Shown: positions 1 through 9,010, counted from the first letter of the stretch. The stretch: DNA of 32,000 bases from Candidatus Omnitrophota bacterium (GCA_963662715.1 OY759724.1:3270001-3302000), one strand, 5' to 3'. The notes: generated by a model from the sequence alone, not told the origin. Numbers and translations are program-made.

Positions 1-270
1 GGTCACATACCGCCCCTGCGCCAGGTCCAGCCCTTTGTTCAATGCCTCTGACAACCCCTCGTCAGGATCAGCAATGAAACGGACATGGGGATAATCCTTG
101 GCATATTGTCCGGCGATCGTTCCCGTGGCATCCGTGGACCCGCCGTCAATAATAATATGCTCCAGGTTGGCGCATTCCTGCTGAATAACGCTGGCAAGAC
201 ATCCTTTAATAAAACGTTCGCCGTTACGGACAGGCGTGATAATGGACAATTTAACCGCCGGTTCATTCAT
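1..270 (-). CDS. Glycosyltransferase family 2, N-terminal 90 aa only (gene runs off the left edge)
   Basis: I translated the reverse strand from the ATG at 270-268. It reads MNEPAVKLSIITPVRNGERFIKGCLASVIQQECANLEHIIIDGGSTDATGTIAGQYAKDYPHVRFIADPDEGLSEALNKGLDLAQGRYVT, a typical GT-A/GT2 opening (SIITPxxN ... IIDGGSTD). It is missing from the ORF track because there is no in-window stop. The listed 39..266(-) and 85..282(+) ORFs are in other frames. Confidence 0.8.
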   Translation of the reverse strand, partial: MNEPAVKLSIITPVRNGERFIKGCLASVIQQECANLEHIIIDGGSTDATGTIAGQYAKDYPHVRFIADPDEGLSEALNKGLDLAQGRYVT

Positions 271-314
271 GTGATTCTTTAAGATCCTCCTCCGCAAAAC
301 ATTTTAAAATATTC

Positions 315-1523
315 CTATTTCATCAAATGGCATGTTCTTCTGACTTCATCCCTGTATTTCTCGGCCTGCATCAGCAAAACATTCTTCAAACACCTCTTAT
401 CCTGCATCAATAATTCCAATTTCCCGGACAACTTATTTTCAAAAAGGCCTTCAATCGGCAGGACATAGTCTGTGTGCCCGTAAAAATCCCGAAAAATCCC
501 TTCGGCTTTCCGGCTGTACTTAATGACAATGGCCGGAATGCCTTGAGACAAGGCGGCAATAGTCGCATGCGTCCGGCAGCCGATAAAATAGTCGCATTGA
601 CCGATGATATATTTATATTCGTTTGCACTTAAATCCGGAGGGATCAGCGTCAGCCTGGACTCACAATCAGGGTCCTCATTAAGCCGCTCCTGAATCAGTT
701 TCGACAGGTCATAATCATTGTTGCGGTTTTCAGGGACCGCGACATGGGGAACCAGCACAATTTGACAATCATATTTCTGGACCATATCATGAATGGCACG
801 GGTCCAGGCCGAGACATATTGTGCTTTGTCAAGTTTCATATATCCGATTAACCCTCCGCTTAAAGACATCCCGATCGATACCCGGTTCTGTTTCAGAGGC
901 ACATCTTTTCGGGGTTGACACGGCTTAAGCAAAAAGGCCGGGTCAGGCGCATAGCCGCAGGGGATACTCTCGTCAAGAGACCGGACATAATAAAAGGTTG
1001 CTTTCTCCCGGCACGTTACAAAACGGGCTTTCAGCAAGGCCGCTTTCAGCCGTTTCTCGTTCTGGGCAGAGAGAGTATCAATAGAACAACCTAATAAGAA
1101 AAGACGGTCATTATACCGGGTAGCAATTTCAAGCTGGGTCACCCATTTATTAAAACTGATCTGACCATAGCATTCCGTAAGCTGGTCACGGCCGCTCATG
1201 ACGATAAAGTCGGCGGATTCTAAATTCTTCCGAAAAGATTGCGTTAAAGCAAAAGTCATATTCCCGTCCAAAGAAAGACTGGGCCGCAGCGTTCTTAATA
1301 TTTTATTCCTGATACGCTGACAACAACCGGCCTTATAATAATTCAGCAGCCTGACGTGTTTTGTGTCCACTCTCTCAGGGATATATTTTCTGTCATACTT
1401 TAAATCTTCGGTGATAACCTCTATCTCGGCTCCCTGGGGCATCAGGTCAATTAAAACTTTAAGGATGGCTTCGTCTCCCTTGTTGCGACAATTGATATGA
1501 CCGAGTATAAGAACTTTAAGCAT
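315..1523 (-). CDS. Polysaccharide pyruvyl transferase family protein (CsaB/WcaK-like)
   Basis: The 402-aa ORF opens MLKVLILGHINCRNKGDEAIL, as pyruvyl transferases typically do, and carries a C-terminal CDYFIGCRTHATIAALSQGIPAI block. It sits in a sugar-modification operon. Confidence 0.75.
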   Translation of the reverse strand: MLKVLILGHINCRNKGDEAILKVLIDLMPQGAEIEVITEDLKYDRKYIPERVDTKHVRLLNYYKAGCCQRIRNKILRTLRPSLSLDGNMTFALTQSFRKNLESADFIVMSGRDQLTECYGQISFNKWVTQLEIATRYNDRLFLLGCSIDTLSAQNEKRLKAALLKARFVTCREKATFYYVRSLDESIPCGYAPDPAFLLKPCQPRKDVPLKQNRVSIGMSLSGGLIGYMKLDKAQYVSAWTRAIHDMVQKYDCQIVLVPHVAVPENRNNDYDLSKLIQERLNEDPDCESRLTLIPPDLSANEYKYIIGQCDYFIGCRTHATIAALSQGIPAIVIKYSRKAEGIFRDFYGHTDYVLPIEGLFENKLSGKLELLMQDKRCLKNVLLMQAEKYRDEVRRTCHLMK

Positions 1524-1532
1524 AAGTCATCG

Positions 1533-2768
1533 TCAATCCTGGTTATGAATAAAGATATCTTTGCTCTTACGGTACAACCGGTAAAGCCCCGGGGCAAATT
1601 TCCTCACAAAAAGTGACAGTTCATCTTTTAATGCCGTTAGATGATAGCAGATCAGGATTTTTCTTTTTAATCTCAACAGATACGGTTCCTGAATCAGGCT
1701 AAAAAGATGCATCCATTCTTTCAGTCCCGACTGCAGCATTTCCTGTACCGTCAATTTAATCAAAAGCCTTTCGTTCTTTATGATCTCCTGTTCGTCGAGT
1801 TCCAGGACACTTAAGTCCAGACCGTTATTTTTAAAAATAAAATAATTCCGGTAACACTTCTCACAGCGGCAACACCAGCGTTTCTCTGTGCGGAAATGAC
1901 ACGAATTCTGATGTCTGGCGAGGCTGGGATATTTAAGGTGCAGAGTCGCAACAACGTCATATTTCGGCAGTTCACTGAGCCTCGATTCAAAAAGAACACC
2001 TCTAGAGACTGACGCGTACAGCGTCTCCGCCCATTCGGCAAAAGCATTAATACACTCTTTTTCTCCCCCGCAGAAGATCCTGCCGATCCGGAATTGATGA
2101 CAGACAGGATAAACCAAAGAGACAAAAAACGGACAGTAAAGGACAGCGACTAATATCGATGCTCCGGACTTCATCAGGGGACGCCAAGTCTTATCAGAGA
2201 CAATTTCTTTAAAATTAGAACGGATGTTGATAACCTGCAAGCCTGTTTCCCTAGCAATTTCCATATCTTTTTTAAATTTTACCGTATTGATAGTCGGATC
2301 ACTGCCGGCCCATAACGGCCCCCCTAAACTGATGAGATAAGGGCGGACACCTTCATCCAGCAAAGTCGCCAGGGTTAATAAGGATTCCGAACCTCCTCCC
2401 AGCAGCAGAGCATTTTCGGAATAGGAATCATCACAGACCTCATAAGGCTCATCCTCTTCTCCATTCACGAATTCCACCTGACAGGGACGGACATACCTGA
2501 CGGCGGCAACTTCTTTTATGGCCCTCATCCAGTTGTCAAGGACATCCTGCCTGACCCTGTACGGCAAATGGAAACGAACGGTCCCCAGAGCGGCCAGGGC
2601 CAGACAAACAGGGAAATAAACTTCACTTAATTTTTCTTTAGGACAGTCTATTTTCTCCAGATCCGGACATTCTATCCAGTACGTGTTGGAGAGGAAACAA
2701 AAACTAGGGTCCCAGGAAAGAATAAGCTTATTATTATCAACAACAGGTTTGTGTAAATAAATATCCAT
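1533..2768 (-). CDS. Uncharacterised 411-aa protein with a possible PP-loop-like nucleotide-binding motif and a C-terminal Cys cluster
   Basis: The long ORF abuts the VanZ-like gene directly: the VanZ stop (2769-2771) is immediately followed by this ATG (2768). It contains LLLGGGSESLLTL, which resembles the SGGxDS PP-loop, and WCCRCEKC near residue 300. I recognise no family with certainty. Confidence 0.6.
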   Translation of the reverse strand: MDIYLHKPVVDNNKLILSWDPSFCFLSNTYWIECPDLEKIDCPKEKLSEVYFPVCLALAALGTVRFHLPYRVRQDVLDNWMRAIKEVAAVRYVRPCQVEFVNGEEDEPYEVCDDSYSENALLLGGGSESLLTLATLLDEGVRPYLISLGGPLWAGSDPTINTVKFKKDMEIARETGLQVINIRSNFKEIVSDKTWRPLMKSGASILVAVLYCPFFVSLVYPVCHQFRIGRIFCGGEKECINAFAEWAETLYASVSRGVLFESRLSELPKYDVVATLHLKYPSLARHQNSCHFRTEKRWCCRCEKCYRNYFIFKNNGLDLSVLELDEQEIIKNERLLIKLTVQEMLQSGLKEWMHLFSLIQEPYLLRLKRKILICYHLTALKDELSLFVRKFAPGLYRLYRKSKDIFIHNQD

Positions 2769-3143
2769 CTATTTTTTCTTATAAAAGCTAATCGTTAGGA
2801 TTGCCCCCAGGGCGTTCCTCAGCATATCCCCCAGTGAAAATTCCCGGCCCGGGACAGAAGCCTGAACAAACTCGTTCAGGATACCGAAGGATACCGCCAG
2901 GCCGAAAACCAGAAACAGGACGCACCGCTCCCCTCCGGTCTTCCAGGATAAGGCATGACCGTGCAGCGTCTGAATAAGAAAAAAAGCCAAAACGGAATAG
3001 GCGGGAATATGCAGAAAATTCAAAACAACCCCTCTTTTGGAAAAACCCTCGGTGTCCGAAGACCCCGGCATCGTGGAACTCCACAATATTGCGAGCATAT
3101 AAACAACCGTTATCAGCAACCAGGACCGTTTTGTGAATTTCAT
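2769..3143 (-). CDS. VanZ-like family membrane protein
   Basis: The 124-aa ORF has four hydrophobic segments. The C-terminal NEFVQASVPGREFSLGDMLRNALGAIL matches the VanZ signature (xE..Q.f.PGR..s..D...N..G). Confidence 0.7.
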   Translation of the reverse strand: MKFTKRSWLLITVVYMLAILWSSTMPGSSDTEGFSKRGVVLNFLHIPAYSVLAFFLIQTLHGHALSWKTGGERCVLFLVFGLAVSFGILNEFVQASVPGREFSLGDMLRNALGAILTISFYKKK

Positions 3144-3146
3144 TAT

Positions 3147-4091
3147 TTATGTATTCTTAAAATACTCCACGGTTCTTTTTAATCCTTCTTCAAAATTGAC
3201 CAGCGGAACATAACCCAGTTTCTCTCTGATTTTTGTGATGTCCGCTAAGGTCCGGAACACATCCCCCGGCCGCAGGTCAAGGAACTTGGGCTGCAATGTC
3301 TTGCCCATGATCCTGTTTAAGGCCTCGACCAATTCTAGAACAGTATTGTCCGCCCCGTTACCGACGTTAAAGACTTCATGTTTGATGCCGGGTTTTGTGG
3401 CGGAAAGGATATTCGCCGAGACCACATTATCGATATAAGTAAAATCTCTGGATTGTTTCCCGGTCCCGAAGATCGGCGGCGCTTCATCATGCATAATGCA
3501 ATGGATGAATTTGGGAATAACGACCGCATACTCGTCATCCAAAGCCTGCCGCGGGCCGAAAACATTGAAATATCTTAAACAAACTGTTTCCAGGCCGAAA
3601 TTCTCGGAAAAAATCCGGCAGTAAAATTCCCCGGTCAATTTGCTCAAGGCGTAAGGAGAAATCAACAGCGGATAAAACGTTTCTTTTTCCGGGAACTGAT
3701 CGGTATCCCCGTAAACCGAGCTGGACGAGGCAAAGACAAACCTTTTCGCCTTATGCTTGGCCGCGGCCTGGAGCATAAACAGAATCCCGTTAATATTAAC
3801 ATCATTGTAGCTTTCCGGCTCTGTCATGGACTTCGGGACCGACCTTAAAGCCGCCTGATGAATGACATAATCCATTCCGGCACAGGCCTTGTCGCAGACG
3901 TCCTTGTCCCTGATATCACCCCGGACAAGCTCAAAAGCGTCTGAGCCGAGCTCTTTGGCAAATTCCAGATTTTCCTCTTTACCTGAATAAAAATTATCCA
4001 GGACACGGACAAAATGCCCTTCCTGAATCAGTTTCTCTGTTATGTTTGAACCGATAAATCCGGCCCCTCCGGTGACTAAAAACTTCCCCAT
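3147..4091 (-). CDS. NAD-dependent sugar epimerase/dehydratase (extended SDR; UDP-hexose or UDP-HexNAc 4-epimerase-like)
   Basis: The ORF has a Rossmann motif (VTGGAGFIGSN) and the catalytic YALSK (YxxxK). Length is 314 aa. A GGAAGGAG SD lies upstream. Confidence 0.9.
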   Translation of the reverse strand: MGKFLVTGGAGFIGSNITEKLIQEGHFVRVLDNFYSGKEENLEFAKELGSDAFELVRGDIRDKDVCDKACAGMDYVIHQAALRSVPKSMTEPESYNDVNINGILFMLQAAAKHKAKRFVFASSSSVYGDTDQFPEKETFYPLLISPYALSKLTGEFYCRIFSENFGLETVCLRYFNVFGPRQALDDEYAVVIPKFIHCIMHDEAPPIFGTGKQSRDFTYIDNVVSANILSATKPGIKHEVFNVGNGADNTVLELVEALNRIMGKTLQPKFLDLRPGDVFRTLADITKIREKLGYVPLVNFEEGLKRTVEYFKNT

Positions 4092-4290
4092 GATTAGGCT
4101 CCTTCCTAAGCAAATGCTTATAAATCCCGTCGCTTATCTAAAAGACGGTAAGACTCAATGTGTGATATTTTTTTAACCTGACTTCAAAACAGACGCATAC
4201 CTATGCTGTTTAGCATACTATCATTCTTAGAATATTCATATTAATATTTAAATTATTTAAATATCCGTAGAATAAAAGCCCCGATAAGCA

Positions 4291-5076
4291 TTATAAGTAT
4301 CGGTAAATATACTGCGGCAGGTGGTATTCAATGTTCGTCAAGACATGGCCCAGCACCTTCGCATGACACTGGTGGAGATGTTCTGAAGCCCGTTTGACGA
4401 TGCCGCGCTGAGTGCGTCCGGCCTGAATGACCATAATAACGCCGTCAGCCTTGGCCCCCAGGATACCGGAATCCGTAACGGCGATGATGGGAGGAGTATC
4501 AATGATAATATAATCAAACTGGCGTTTGAGATCCGCCAAAAGCAGCTTCATTTTCTGGGAGTCGAGCAATTCCGCGGGATTCTCCGGCACAGGCCCGGAA
4601 GCCATAAAATTAAGATTATCCACATCGATCTGAAAAACAGCATCATCCAATGCGGCCTTGCCCTGCAGGACATCAGAAAGCCCCACGTCCTGGTCCAGGC
4701 CCAGATACTTGGCGATCCGGCCTCTGCGCATATCCGCGTCAATCACCAGGACTTTCGGCTTTTGGGACGACTGGGCCACCGTGACAGCCAGATTAAGCGT
4801 TGTGACCGTTTTCCCTTCTGTATTAATCGCGCTGGTAATGACCAGAACTTTGTGTGCTTTCGTTTTATTCATCGAAAGCACGTTTGTCCGCAATATCTTA
4901 TACTGCTCGGATATGGGGGATTTGGGATCAAAATACGTGATAATTCTCGGGTCAACTTTGGAGTCCCCCATCTTTTTAATGACCAAACGGTCGTGATTCT
5001 TAATTTTATTTATTTTGTCGATACGCTCCAAGCGTTCGTCAGCGGCTTTTCTCAGAGCTTCGGTTAATTTCCCCAT
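4291..5076 (-). CDS. Cytoplasmic BY-kinase (CpsD/CapB/EpsG-type tyrosine autokinase)
   Basis: Three P-loop motifs are present: Walker A SAINTEGKT, Walker A' VLVIDADMRRG and Walker B DYIIIDTPP. The C-terminal tail is Tyr-rich (EYHLPQYIYRYL). There is no transmembrane part, so this is the kinase half of a split system. Confidence 0.85.
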   Translation of the reverse strand: MGKLTEALRKAADERLERIDKINKIKNHDRLVIKKMGDSKVDPRIITYFDPKSPISEQYKILRTNVLSMNKTKAHKVLVITSAINTEGKTVTTLNLAVTVAQSSQKPKVLVIDADMRRGRIAKYLGLDQDVGLSDVLQGKAALDDAVFQIDVDNLNFMASGPVPENPAELLDSQKMKLLLADLKRQFDYIIIDTPPIIAVTDSGILGAKADGVIMVIQAGRTQRGIVKRASEHLHQCHAKVLGHVLTNIEYHLPQYIYRYL

Positions 5077-5357
5077 TTTCTAATATTCCTTTCATATTAC
5101 ACCGGGCAACAAGAGGGTCATCCTGTCAGCCGGCCGTTTGTTAAACACTCAAGTAATGTTTAATGGCCTCCTGCGCCTCCTGATGTTTCAGGAACGAATA
5201 TCCATGAAACGAAACGACCTCAGCCTGAGCGGGCCGGCGCGTTGCTGTCCCGTCTTTTCTGCCCTGCCACATATTTAAAAGATATTGTATGAATTTTGTC
5301 ATCTTATGTTTATTCCGGTTTCAAAAATTTCAATTCTATGCCCCGAGTAAAGAACAC

Positions 5358-5585
5358 TCAATTCTCGTTCTGATCCCGCATCAGAGAATGAATCCGGGCA
5401 TACCGTTTTTTCAATTCCCGGAATTTCTTTCTCGTCAAATATCCTTTATGGTACGCCATATCAAGCCACGCATTCTTTGCGCTGGACGCTTCGTCTTTAG
5501 GCAGACACAGGTCAACAATAAATCGTCTCCGCTGATCATCGGAATCCCTGGAAGTCGTGCGCGCTGTCCCCGGCGTTTTTTTCAT
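5358..5585 (-). CDS. Small basic hypothetical protein (75 aa)
   Basis: The ATG lies 8 nt after the ATPase stop and is preceded by GAGGAG. There is no recognisable domain. It is the only sizeable same-strand ORF in the roughly 500-bp spacer between the ATPase and kinase genes. Confidence 0.4.
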   Translation of the reverse strand: MKKTPGTARTTSRDSDDQRRRFIVDLCLPKDEASSAKNAWLDMAYHKGYLTRKKFRELKKRYARIHSLMRDQNEN

Positions 5586-5592
5586 CTGCTCC

Positions 5593-6498
5593 TCAAATCT
5601 CAGGTATTTTAATATTCAGACTTTCCCGCTCGTATCTTTCCTTCTCCACTTGATCCAGCCTTTGAATCGCTTTGGATGTGCTGGAAGAAATTTGCGTCAT
5701 CGGCGATTCATGGATCACTTCCCGCATGATATCAGCCGTAATAATGTCCGACCCGGCGATATATCCCGTCAGCAAAGCGCTGTCGCAGATTTGGTTCACC
5801 AGCCTCGGGACGCCTTTGGAATACTTCCAGACAAGATCTAACGCTTCCTCGGTAAAATACTGGTGGTCGCTCTCGCTGGCGATCTTTAAGCGGTGAACGA
5901 TGTACTCCTTGGTTTCTTTCTCCGTTAACGGGATCAAGTGATAAAAGACCGCGATACGCTGCCTTAACTGTTCCAGACGGGGCAAAGCGAGTTTCTTTTT
6001 TAATTCCGGCTGCCCGATGAAAACAATCTGGATCAGCTTTTCATGTTCCGTTTCCAAATTCGACAGCATCCGCACCTCTTCCAGAACCGAGGCCGCGAGA
6101 TTCTGCGCCTCGTCAATGATCAGCACCACATTGCGGTCATTCCGCAGCTGTTCGATCAGATAATAATTAAGCTGGGACAACAGCTTCGCTTTGGAGCCTG
6201 GCACAAACTCAATGTCCAAATCCTCCAGGATACTGACCAGGAGATCTTTCCCGCTGATATGCGTATTGGTGATAAGGACAACTTCCGTATTGGCCCCGAT
6301 CTGGTTCAGCAGCGTGCGGCAGATCGTGGTTTTTCCCGAACCGATATCCCCGGTGATCACGACAAAACCTTTTCTTTCCTGAATCGCATAGATCAAAGTG
6401 CTGATAGCTTCCGTATGCTTTGTGCTGGAATAAAAAAATCTTGAGTTCGGCGTTAAATTAAACGGCGAGTCTTTAAATCCGTAATGTTTCTTATACAT
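5593..6498 (-). CDS. ExeA/GspA/MshM-like AAA ATPase (PEP-CTERM-locus secretion ATPase type)
   Basis: The N-terminus YGFKDSPFNLTPNSRFFY is typical of the ExeA family. Walker A is GDIGSGKTT and Walker B is VVLIIDEAQNL. Confidence 0.85.
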   Translation of the reverse strand: MYKKHYGFKDSPFNLTPNSRFFYSSTKHTEAISTLIYAIQERKGFVVITGDIGSGKTTICRTLLNQIGANTEVVLITNTHISGKDLLVSILEDLDIEFVPGSKAKLLSQLNYYLIEQLRNDRNVVLIIDEAQNLAASVLEEVRMLSNLETEHEKLIQIVFIGQPELKKKLALPRLEQLRQRIAVFYHLIPLTEKETKEYIVHRLKIASESDHQYFTEEALDLVWKYSKGVPRLVNQICDSALLTGYIAGSDIITADIMREVIHESPMTQISSSTSKAIQRLDQVEKERYERESLNIKIPEI

Positions 6499-6558
6499 AT
6501 TCTCTCCTCACGCGTATCTTTTCTTTCCGGGCAAACCTTTTATACATTCAAGCTCACT

Positions 6559-7839
6559 CTATTTCAAAAAATTCTCCACAGCTATTGTGACGACAACTAA
6601 AACAATGCCTCCGAGAATCGTCAAGGCATACATCCAAACCTGTTTTTCCCTCTCCATCCGGACCGTCATTTCCGTTTCGATCTTGGAAATAGCCCCTAAT
6701 AACGGCCCTCCCAAATACTCTTTGGCTTCCTCGACATCAATAAAAGATTTATCCAAAAACTCGAGTAAAAAGACCAGCCCGATCCCCAGCGCCAATCCGA
6801 TGATGCATCCGATAACGGCAATCAGGACTCTGTTGGGCTGAAACGGCTGTAGAGGCACGCGCGGGGGGTCCAGAATGGTGTATTTTGTGCCTTCCTTGGA
6901 TAGCTGAAGGCTCTGGGTGATCTTGGCGGTTTCCAGCCGTTTTAAGAGCATATTATAGACCTGCTCATTAACTTCCACGTCTCTGGCCGCCACCGAATTG
7001 AGCAGCATGAGCTTATAGATATCGTCCTGCCCGCCGGCGACTTTTGTTTTTTCCGCTACGGCCGGGGCATCCATCTTGTCCAAGGCGGCTTTAATGCTGG
7101 CGATAAGCGGATTGCTCGTTTCCGAGGCCAGCTTGTCCGGATGAGTGTACTGAAGATTTTCCGCCTCTAATTCAGCCTTTTTGACGTCAATCTTTTCTTT
7201 GATCTGCCTTACAAGCGGATGCTTTGCCGTGGAATCCACCAACAGCTCGTCAAGTTTGTCCTGCAGCTGAGCGATCTCCGCCGACTTGATCTTACCCTTA
7301 TAGACCTTCAGTTGTTGCTCGATGAAGGAAATAGCGTCTGTGGTCTCCTGGGTCTGTATCTTTTTGTTCCTTTCAATAAAAATATCCGTGATGTTCTGGA
7401 CAACAGCCTGGGTCTGCATCGGATCAAGCCCGATATAAGCCAGTTCCAGAATATTATTCGACCTCAGCCTGATTTTGATGTCCTTCCGGATGCCCAAAAT
7501 AAGCGCCTCGAATTCCCGGCGGGTATCGACGTCCCGGTCAAGATTGAGCCTTTTGACAAGTTCAACCAGGCTCATCCATCCCAGCATGGATTCCTTAATC
7601 GTATTAAGACGCTGCTGAACCGTCGAGGATACCGCCAAGTCACTGAACAGGGGGTTATCTGTTTTTCCTTCCTCAACGAGAATGACCGTAGAGGAAATGT
7701 ATTTCTTCGGCAACAATATCCCGGTGCAAATCCCCAGCGCCAGCCCCAATAAAGCGGGAATGATAATCAGCTCCTTCCGGCGGAAGAACATCTTTAAATA
7801 AGCCATAGGAGACATTGTATCTGAATGTAGTTCTGCCAT
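6559..7839 (-). CDS. Wzz/GumC-type polysaccharide chain-length determinant (transmembrane partner of the BY-kinase)
   Basis: The 426-aa ORF has an N-terminal TM helix (LIIIPALLGLALGICTGILL) and a long coiled-coil periplasmic region. A C-terminal TM helix is preceded by the P-rich PPRVPLQPFQPNR motif typical of Wzz/PCP proteins. Confidence 0.8.
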   Translation of the reverse strand: MAELHSDTMSPMAYLKMFFRRKELIIIPALLGLALGICTGILLPKKYISSTVILVEEGKTDNPLFSDLAVSSTVQQRLNTIKESMLGWMSLVELVKRLNLDRDVDTRREFEALILGIRKDIKIRLRSNNILELAYIGLDPMQTQAVVQNITDIFIERNKKIQTQETTDAISFIEQQLKVYKGKIKSAEIAQLQDKLDELLVDSTAKHPLVRQIKEKIDVKKAELEAENLQYTHPDKLASETSNPLIASIKAALDKMDAPAVAEKTKVAGGQDDIYKLMLLNSVAARDVEVNEQVYNMLLKRLETAKITQSLQLSKEGTKYTILDPPRVPLQPFQPNRVLIAVIGCIIGLALGIGLVFLLEFLDKSFIDVEEAKEYLGGPLLGAISKIETEMTVRMEREKQVWMYALTILGGIVLVVVTIAVENFLK

Positions 7840-7889
7840 ATAGTTTTTCCTTAACTTTTGTCTTGCTTGATTATAATAAAGTTGTTCGC

Positions 7890-8714
7890 TTAAAAGCCTG
7901 TTGTCACTGCGCGGCCCGCACCAGCGGCGGTCCCGACCGGCGCTGCGACCGGCTGAATAGCCCGTAATGTTTTCGTTAAGAACGTCGCCGGGATATAGAT
8001 GACATCACCCGGTTTCATATCCAAATTCTGCCTTAAATCCCCCTCATATAAAAGGGCATAAACATCGACTTTCCGGATATTGGCATCGCCGGATTCGGAC
8101 GGAGTGATCAGCCGGCTTTTCCGGGTCACACCCGTCAATTGCGGCAGTCCGGCCTGCATGAGCGCTTCTCTAATAGTAATGGTATCGCCGCGCATAAAAA
8201 TCTTTCCCGGACGGCCGACTTCTCCGACCACATAAACGACCTTGCTGTTATACCCCACTATTTTCACCGAGACCTCCGGCGAAATAATATATTCGGCCAA
8301 AGCCTTCTGAATGGCATCTGCGGCTTCATCCTTGGTCAACCCGGCAATGAGGATGTCCCCGACAAACTCATACTGAATTTTTCCTTCCTGATTGATGAAA
8401 TACTGTCCGCTGACTTCCGGATGCCGCATAACATCAATTTCAATAACATCTGTGGCGCCGAGCGTGTACCGGCTGCTCTCAGCCTCAACAGGCAAAGCCG
8501 CTTCTTCACCTTCTCCGCGTTCCTCAGCCGCCACCCGGTTAAGAATATCATTAATCGTAGGATCTTCTGATGATGTCGAAACAGCGGTTTCCTCTTGCTC
8601 CGGCGGCTTGCTGTTATCGGGAGTCCAGTTTGCAAAATTCTGTGCTTCCCCCTGATGGGCAAATACCAGAAGAAATGCGCTTATTAGAAAATATGTATAA
8701 TATTTATTTTTCAT
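7890..8714 (-). CDS. Polysaccharide export protein (Wza/EpsD-like: Poly_export plus SLBB domains)
   Basis: A signal peptide (MKNKYYTYFLISAFLLVFAHQGEA) is followed by YTLGATDVIEIDVMRHPEVSG (Poly_export motif). An SLBB-like VYVVGEVGRPGKIF ... GDVIYIP follows. An AAGGAGA SD lies upstream. Confidence 0.85.
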   Translation of the reverse strand: MKNKYYTYFLISAFLLVFAHQGEAQNFANWTPDNSKPPEQEETAVSTSSEDPTINDILNRVAAEERGEGEEAALPVEAESSRYTLGATDVIEIDVMRHPEVSGQYFINQEGKIQYEFVGDILIAGLTKDEAADAIQKALAEYIISPEVSVKIVGYNSKVVYVVGEVGRPGKIFMRGDTITIREALMQAGLPQLTGVTRKSRLITPSESGDANIRKVDVYALLYEGDLRQNLDMKPGDVIYIPATFLTKTLRAIQPVAAPVGTAAGAGRAVTTGF

Positions 8715-8739
8715 CTGAATAATCTCCTTGGATTATGCC

Positions 8740-8928
8740 TTACTCAACTTCAAATAAAGTCTCGTGAAAATCTTTGATTTCTCGCAAATCCTGTTCATCA
8801 TAGACACGCCAGCCTCTCCAGTCACGTTTGGGTCTGCGGATCTTTCCTACTTTTTCCCATCTGGCCAATGTCTTCGGGCTTATCCCTACCGCCTCTGCTA
8901 CTTCTGTAATTGTCATACGCTTTTTCAC
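8740..8928 (-). CDS. Stand-alone MerR-type helix-turn-helix DNA-binding protein (62 aa)
   Basis: MTITEVAEAVGISPKTLARWEKVGKI...RGWRVYDEQDL matches the MerR N-terminal HTH and wing. It uses a GTG start at 8928 with AAGGAGG 7 nt upstream. There is no effector or dimerisation domain. Confidence 0.7.
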   Translation of the reverse strand: MKKRMTITEVAEAVGISPKTLARWEKVGKIRRPKRDWRGWRVYDEQDLREIKDFHETLFEVE

Positions 8929-9010
8929 TATACGGCCTCCTTATTTTATATTAAATCCGGCGTCTCGTCTTTCGAGTCACATGCTTTTTTGCTTGACAAT
9001 GGAAATAGGA

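Noticed and set aside
39-282. The track ORFs 39..266(-) and 85..282(+) at the left edge.
   Set aside because: Neither translation resembles any protein family. A third frame on the minus strand (1-270) gives an unmistakable GT2 glycosyltransferase N-terminus, so these two are overlapping shadow frames.
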